Source: Promethearchaeota archaeon (GTDB lineage Archaea; Asgardarchaeota; Hermodarchaeia; Hermodarchaeales; Hermodarchaeaceae). Taken from it: 42,253 nucleotides of DNA. A program made the position numbers and the translations under genes. The stretch is from contig JBHLPR010000016.1 of NCBI GenBank assembly GCA_048939245.1, positions 1 through 42,253 on the forward strand, written 5' to 3'. Positions 38,096-42,253 of this stretch are shown one piece after another. Below the pieces are notes generated by a model. That model was not told where the DNA came from, made no database searches, and saw nothing but the letters and a program-made list of their open reading frames with translations. The stretch's first letter is position 1. Each line of letters begins with the position of its first letter.

Positions 38096-39253
38096 ATGGA
38101 AGTTCGTAAGGTCATGCGCTTGGGGATGTCATCCCTTGTTGTTTCCGTACCAAAGGAGTGGGCAGATAAATACAAGCTTGACCAAGAAAGTCGGCTTGTC
38201 CTAATACCTCAATCAGATGGTAGTATTGCACTATATCCGCAGACTGTGCCTCGTGAGAAACCAAGGACAATCAATCTTAAAACAAAACCCGACGATCCGC
38301 CTGGACTGCTGGAACAAAGAATGGTAGCAGCCTATCTCACCGATTTTGATGAGATACACATTCAATCTGAAGGAGTCATTACTTCAGAACAACGAGAACG
38401 TCTCCGACGCTACTTGCGACTTCTAACCGGCTACCAAATTATGGAATCCAGCTCAAGCCACCTACTAATCCTGAATGTGGCAAGAGTCGCAGAAATGGAT
38501 GTAGAACGAGCCCTCTATCGTGTCCATACCATTGCCACTTCAATGCTAAAAGACGCCTTGAAAGCCTTACAGAATCGGGACCCAAACATGGCACGAACCG
38601 TCATCGGACTTAAAGAAGATGTTAACCAGTTTTATTATCTAGTCAACAAACAGCTCCGACGTGCACTACTTGATCCAAACATAATGAGCCGTATTAACAT
38701 CACTGCCATTGATGCCTTGAACTATAGCATGGTTCTTCACGCCATTCACTCCGCCTCTAAAGCCTCAAAAGCCATTGCCAATGCTGTACTTACACTCGGC
38801 GAACACGACTGCCCTGAAGACATCCTCAAACTCGCCCTACGTAATGGCCAATTTGCCACCCGCCTTTTTGAAGACGCAGCTAAAGCATTCCTCACAAGAA
38901 ACGATGTCCTTGCCAACGAAGTCATCAATAATGGAGGAACCTGCCCACCTATGCGACAACAAGCGGAACGGCTTATGGAACGCCACCTTGTTAAAATCTG
39001 TGAAGACATGCTCCCCACCCTTTCTCCCGAGTCCTGCTCTCTCTTTGGTCCTCGCCAGGTGGCTCTCACCGTCCTTGAGCAAGTCTTTCAAAGTAACAGC
39101 CAAATCGCTGTGGCAGCCTCCACTATCTCAGAGCGAGCTATTTGGCGATCCTTAGAAACCCAACAACCCCCTGCAAAAATTACAAAACGTAAGAGTGAAA
39201 TTAAGTTAAAAACGAGTAAAAAGAAAGCAAAGAAGGAAAAAACTAAGAACTAA
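38096..39253 (+). CDS. phoU: archaeal AbrB-PhoU phosphate-uptake regulator
   Basis: MEVRKV-xxxG-SSLVVSVPKEW AbrB domain followed by two PhoU helical bundles; Lys-rich tail. Confidence 0.85.
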   Translation: MEVRKVMRLGMSSLVVSVPKEWADKYKLDQESRLVLIPQSDGSIALYPQTVPREKPRTINLKTKPDDPPGLLEQRMVAAYLTDFDEIHIQSEGVITSEQRERLRRYLRLLTGYQIMESSSSHLLILNVARVAEMDVERALYRVHTIATSMLKDALKALQNRDPNMARTVIGLKEDVNQFYYLVNKQLRRALLDPNIMSRINITAIDALNYSMVLHAIHSASKASKAIANAVLTLGEHDCPEDILKLALRNGQFATRLFEDAAKAFLTRNDVLANEVINNGGTCPPMRQQAERLMERHLVKICEDMLPTLSPESCSLFGPRQVALTVLEQVFQSNSQIAVAASTISERAIWRSLETQQPPAKITKRKSEIKLKTSKKKAKKEKTKN

Positions 39254-39428
39254 TTTGTTCTTTTAGATTAGAAAAATCGCGATTGCTTTTCCTTTTTCAC
39301 TTTAAATACTTTGGATGTAACAATACACCAATTTGCTTTACATATGTCAAGAGATTTGTCGCAGATTGTTTAAAACTTATATATATCTATTGTATATATG
39401 ATATCAGTAAGGGCAGTATCAACGATAT

Positions 39429-39767
39429 GTGATTCAGCCCTTGGACGGGATCAAAATGAGCGAAGGATTACGAAAGGTCGTGGGATTAATTCCCCAAGAT
39501 CAAAGAGAACCTGTATCAACGGCACTCCTTGATTTGCTATTGAAAACAAAAGCAGCCAAGAACGTTCCAGCACGGGAAGCAAAGATGATCTTACACCTGA
39601 TGATGCGAGACCTAATTGCCACCGAGTTGGGTCTGGAAACCCTCTTCACCTGCGCACTTCGTGCTGAACCGGTGAAGACCCTTGACGTTATCGGTGACGT
39701 TCTCGGTGGCGCAATGGCAGCAGAAGAAGTAGTCAAGGCCTTATCCACCTTGACAGTGGCGCAATAA
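39429..39767 (+). CDS. small helical hypothetical protein (probable start MSEGL)
   Basis: 112-aa ORF with TATA-like upstream region and downstream hairpin. Confidence 0.7.
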   Translation: MIQPLDGIKMSEGLRKVVGLIPQDQREPVSTALLDLLLKTKAAKNVPAREAKMILHLMMRDLIATELGLETLFTCALRAEPVKTLDVIGDVLGGAMAAEEVVKALSTLTVAQ

Positions 39768-39803
39768 CCCCTGCGTCCTGCTGAGTGCCTGAGGGATTCC
39801 ATA

Positions 39804-39839
39804 CATCGGCGGGTCCCTTTTCTGGTGGACCCGCTGGTG
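39804..39839 (+). terminator. 13-bp GC-rich RNA hairpin followed by T tract
   Basis: CATCGGCGGGTCC...GGACCCGCTGGTG with two G-U pairs that form only on the + strand. Confidence 0.6.
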
Positions 39840-39978
39840 AAATCTTTTTAACCGATTTGTTACTCAACTGAAAAGTGGGATTAGTTCCGATTTTCCAGAC
39901 GCCCCGAAGCATTCACTTTGATATGCCAGTCGAAAGGCTATTTAAACCCGAATCTTTGACAGGTAAGGGGATATTCCG

Positions 39979-40821
39979 TTGATATTGCTTGGCACAGCTG
40001 GGTGGAAGTACGATGATTGGGTCGGGAGCTTCTACCCATCAAAGAAGCACCAATTCACCTATTTTAGTAAAATCTTCAATACTGCAGAGATTAATTCGAC
40101 ATTCTATAATTTTCCCAGTAGAAAAGTTGTAGGGTCCTGGGCTCGTGCACCGGATAATTTTCTCTTCACTGCGAAGGTGCCCCAGGACATTACACATAAA
40201 TTACGACTAAAAATAGCAGATGGTGCGGATCAACGAATGCACGAGTTTCTGCAATTGATGGCTCCGATGCGTAAAAATAACCGATTGGGACCATTACTCA
40301 TTCAGCTACCACCGTCATTTGACTACGGGGAGGCAGACAATTTAGAAGAGTTTTTACAGATTCTGCCAGAAGATTGGGAATTTGCCGTTGAATTCCGTCA
40401 TCTTTCTTGGATGCAGGATGATACTTTTTCAATTCTCCGTCAATATCAAGTCGCGTATTGTATTGTTGATGAACCATTGTTACCTCCAAGAATTGAGGTC
40501 ACGGCGCCGTTTGCCTATATTCGTTGGCACGGACATGGAAAGAAATTGTGGTACTATTACCTATACAACAAAGAGGAGCTAGAAAGCTGGGTACCTAGAA
40601 TCCAGGAAACCGTGAAACAAACCCCAAAGAACGTCTACGGGTACTTCAATAACCATTGGCACGGATTTGCTGCCCGTAATTGCGTGGAAATGATGGAGCT
40701 ACTTAGTTTACAACACAGGATGCCAAAGCATGTTCGAGATAGAGTAAATCGGGTCACGGATGAACGCATTAAAAGTAAAGCAACACAACAGAGTGCATTA
40801 ACCGACTTTTCCGATGAATAA
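39979..40821 (+). CDS. DUF72 family protein
   Basis: GTAGW-Y, EINSTFY, QLPPSF, EFRH, YIRWHG, YFNN motifs. Confidence 0.93.
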   Translation: MILLGTAGWKYDDWVGSFYPSKKHQFTYFSKIFNTAEINSTFYNFPSRKVVGSWARAPDNFLFTAKVPQDITHKLRLKIADGADQRMHEFLQLMAPMRKNNRLGPLLIQLPPSFDYGEADNLEEFLQILPEDWEFAVEFRHLSWMQDDTFSILRQYQVAYCIVDEPLLPPRIEVTAPFAYIRWHGHGKKLWYYYLYNKEELESWVPRIQETVKQTPKNVYGYFNNHWHGFAARNCVEMMELLSLQHRMPKHVRDRVNRVTDERIKSKATQQSALTDFSDE

Positions 40822-40840
40822 CTATCGAGGATTAGGGACC

Positions 40841-41251
40841 TTATTGGTCATCTTCTTTCACCAAAGATTTGCGTTTGATTTTAGTATACTGATACACTGG
40901 AATACCAAACATGCCACCAGCAAATAGCATACTGAAGGCTAGGATTAGATAATCATAGCCAAAGGGATGTGGGCCATAAATGCCTTGAACCCAAACAAAG
41001 ACTAAGATGATTATGAATACCACGGCTGCCTGAACAACATACATCAGGCTGATAGATGGTTTTTTGTAAGTATCATAATAGTAGCTGAATGCTAGGGATA
41101 TACCATAGATTAGCCCCAATCCCAAAGTCCAGAGAAGATTTAGAAGAAAACCGAAATAAATGGTGAGGAGAAATAAAACTAGCATAAGAAGAGTGAAAAT
41201 AATGATGGACGGTATCCAAAGTTTTTGTGCTGAAACGGTTGTTTCGGTCAT
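40841..41251 (-). CDS. 4-TM hypothetical protein
   Basis: 136 aa, four hydrophobic segments. Confidence 0.7.
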   Translation of the reverse strand: MTETTVSAQKLWIPSIIIFTLLMLVLFLLTIYFGFLLNLLWTLGLGLIYGISLAFSYYYDTYKKPSISLMYVVQAAVVFIIILVFVWVQGIYGPHPFGYDYLILAFSMLFAGGMFGIPVYQYTKIKRKSLVKEDDQ

Positions 41252-41278
41252 TGAAAGAACCTGTCCGTATTGTTCAAT

Positions 41279-42058
41279 TTAAATCTCAGATTTAGTTGAT
41301 GTGTTCGAAATTGGAGAGAAGATGACTCCATAAGATATTAGCCATAACCCGAGGAGCATCATGACCCGTCCAAGGGTGATTACTGGGCAAATATTGATGA
41401 CCCTTGTTTCAGCGATACCACCAACGAGAACAAGAAGCAACCCAAATATCATCAGAAAAGGAATCAGCCTCCGCTCTTGTTTTCTGAGCTGTTTATAGTA
41501 ATAACCTAGGGCAAGAATAACGAAAAGTGCTAAGGAAAGGCCTATAATTAGTATGATGAAAATATCAGGTCGGATGTCAGTGATAAGTCCGGAGCATGCT
41601 AATTCGGCTGTAGCAGGATTAGCGATGAATAGTAGATCAACTGTAACAATCAGCCAGGGGATGAAAATGAGAATGAGAGTCCATTTTTTGGTTTCGAACC
41701 ATTCCGGGTAGCTCAGAAATACACTCCAGAGCCCAATGAAAGTAATTCCAAGCATCGAGAAAATCCAGAACCATTGCCAGAAAGGAAAAATCGCGAATAG
41801 AGTAACTTGACCGGGTATAGTTGCAGAACGATAAGTCCAGCCAGCATGAGCACCAAAAAAGAATAGGAGCCCGAATCCAAAGAGCAGAATCAAATATTTA
41901 TCAAATCCACTTCGTTTCCGGCTTAGAAATAAGCAGATGAATGCGAGAATGAGGGTTGAAATTGTGAACGTTATACCGATACCGAATGACAAGGCATTTT
42001 GAAGAGCATATTGCATTGTAAATATTCCTCCGAGTTGCAGAAGTTCATCTCTAACCAT
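41279..42058 (-). CDS. approximately 7-TM hypothetical membrane protein
   Basis: About seven hydrophobic segments; GGAGG precedes the internal ATG (MQYAL). Confidence 0.7.
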   Translation of the reverse strand: MVRDELLQLGGIFTMQYALQNALSFGIGITFTISTLILAFICLFLSRKRSGFDKYLILLFGFGLLFFFGAHAGWTYRSATIPGQVTLFAIFPFWQWFWIFSMLGITFIGLWSVFLSYPEWFETKKWTLILIFIPWLIVTVDLLFIANPATAELACSGLITDIRPDIFIILIIGLSLALFVILALGYYYKQLRKQERRLIPFLMIFGLLLVLVGGIAETRVINICPVITLGRVMMLLGLWLISYGVIFSPISNTSTKSEI

Positions 42059-42168
42059 ATATAATCTTGACTTTACTAGCCCATGTTTTTGTGGATATTC
42101 ATTTGTGAGACTCTATACTTTGGCGAGACACCTTTAAACGAAAGGTTCCTCGGTGCGGAAAGGGAATT

Positions 42169-42252
42169 TTAGCGCAAGATGAAATTAGCTAGTCGGTATC
42201 CAAACCAAACTAGGATGAACCCGACTGCCGTTACTACACGAACTGCGATGAC
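42169..42252 (-). CDS. 3' end of a membrane protein entering from beyond the window
   Basis: Manual translation VIAVRVVTAVGFILVWFGYRLANFILR-stop. Confidence 0.55.
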   Translation of the reverse strand, partial: VIAVRVVTAVGFILVWFGYRLANFILR

Positions 42253-42253
42253 A

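Overview
A 42-kb archaeal chromosomal window, most likely from an Asgard archaeon. The evidence is a translationally coupled longin-domain plus Rab-like GTPase pair, an Asgard-type long TPR protein, an IPGFP-TM-RRRRR sorting signal, an archaeal AbrB-PhoU regulator, a single XerA-type recombinase and GGAGGT/GGTGA ribosome-binding sites. It carries about 45 genes: Acr3/ArsR arsenic resistance, an HtrA protease, a CPBP protease, a GNAT, two HEAT-repeat proteins, surface proteins, a solitary HNH nuclease, a QueG-like Fe-S protein, a TPR-nitrilase fusion, two DUF362 proteins, UPF0182, CooC, an arrestin/SpoOM-like protein, a PRTase and DUF72. I recognised no rRNA, tRNA, cas gene or transposase. The most interesting signals lie outside the ORF track. 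(1) Two tandem, oppositely charged micropeptides (22 aa Lys-rich; 27 aa Asp/Glu/Trp-rich with a strong SD) sit behind a ChrB/PaaX-like gene. (2) xerA is embedded in a cluster of candidate recombination or binding sites: a perfect 13-8-13 palindrome, a dif-like 11-6-11 site, and flanking direct and inverted repeats. (3) A perfect 24-bp direct repeat brackets the arsenic cassette and belongs to a repeat family between genes of the first 5 kb. (4) An HNH gene sits at a sharp strand-composition flip beside a two-copy palindromic repeat and a G-quadruplex motif. All calls were made by eye from motifs; no searches were run.
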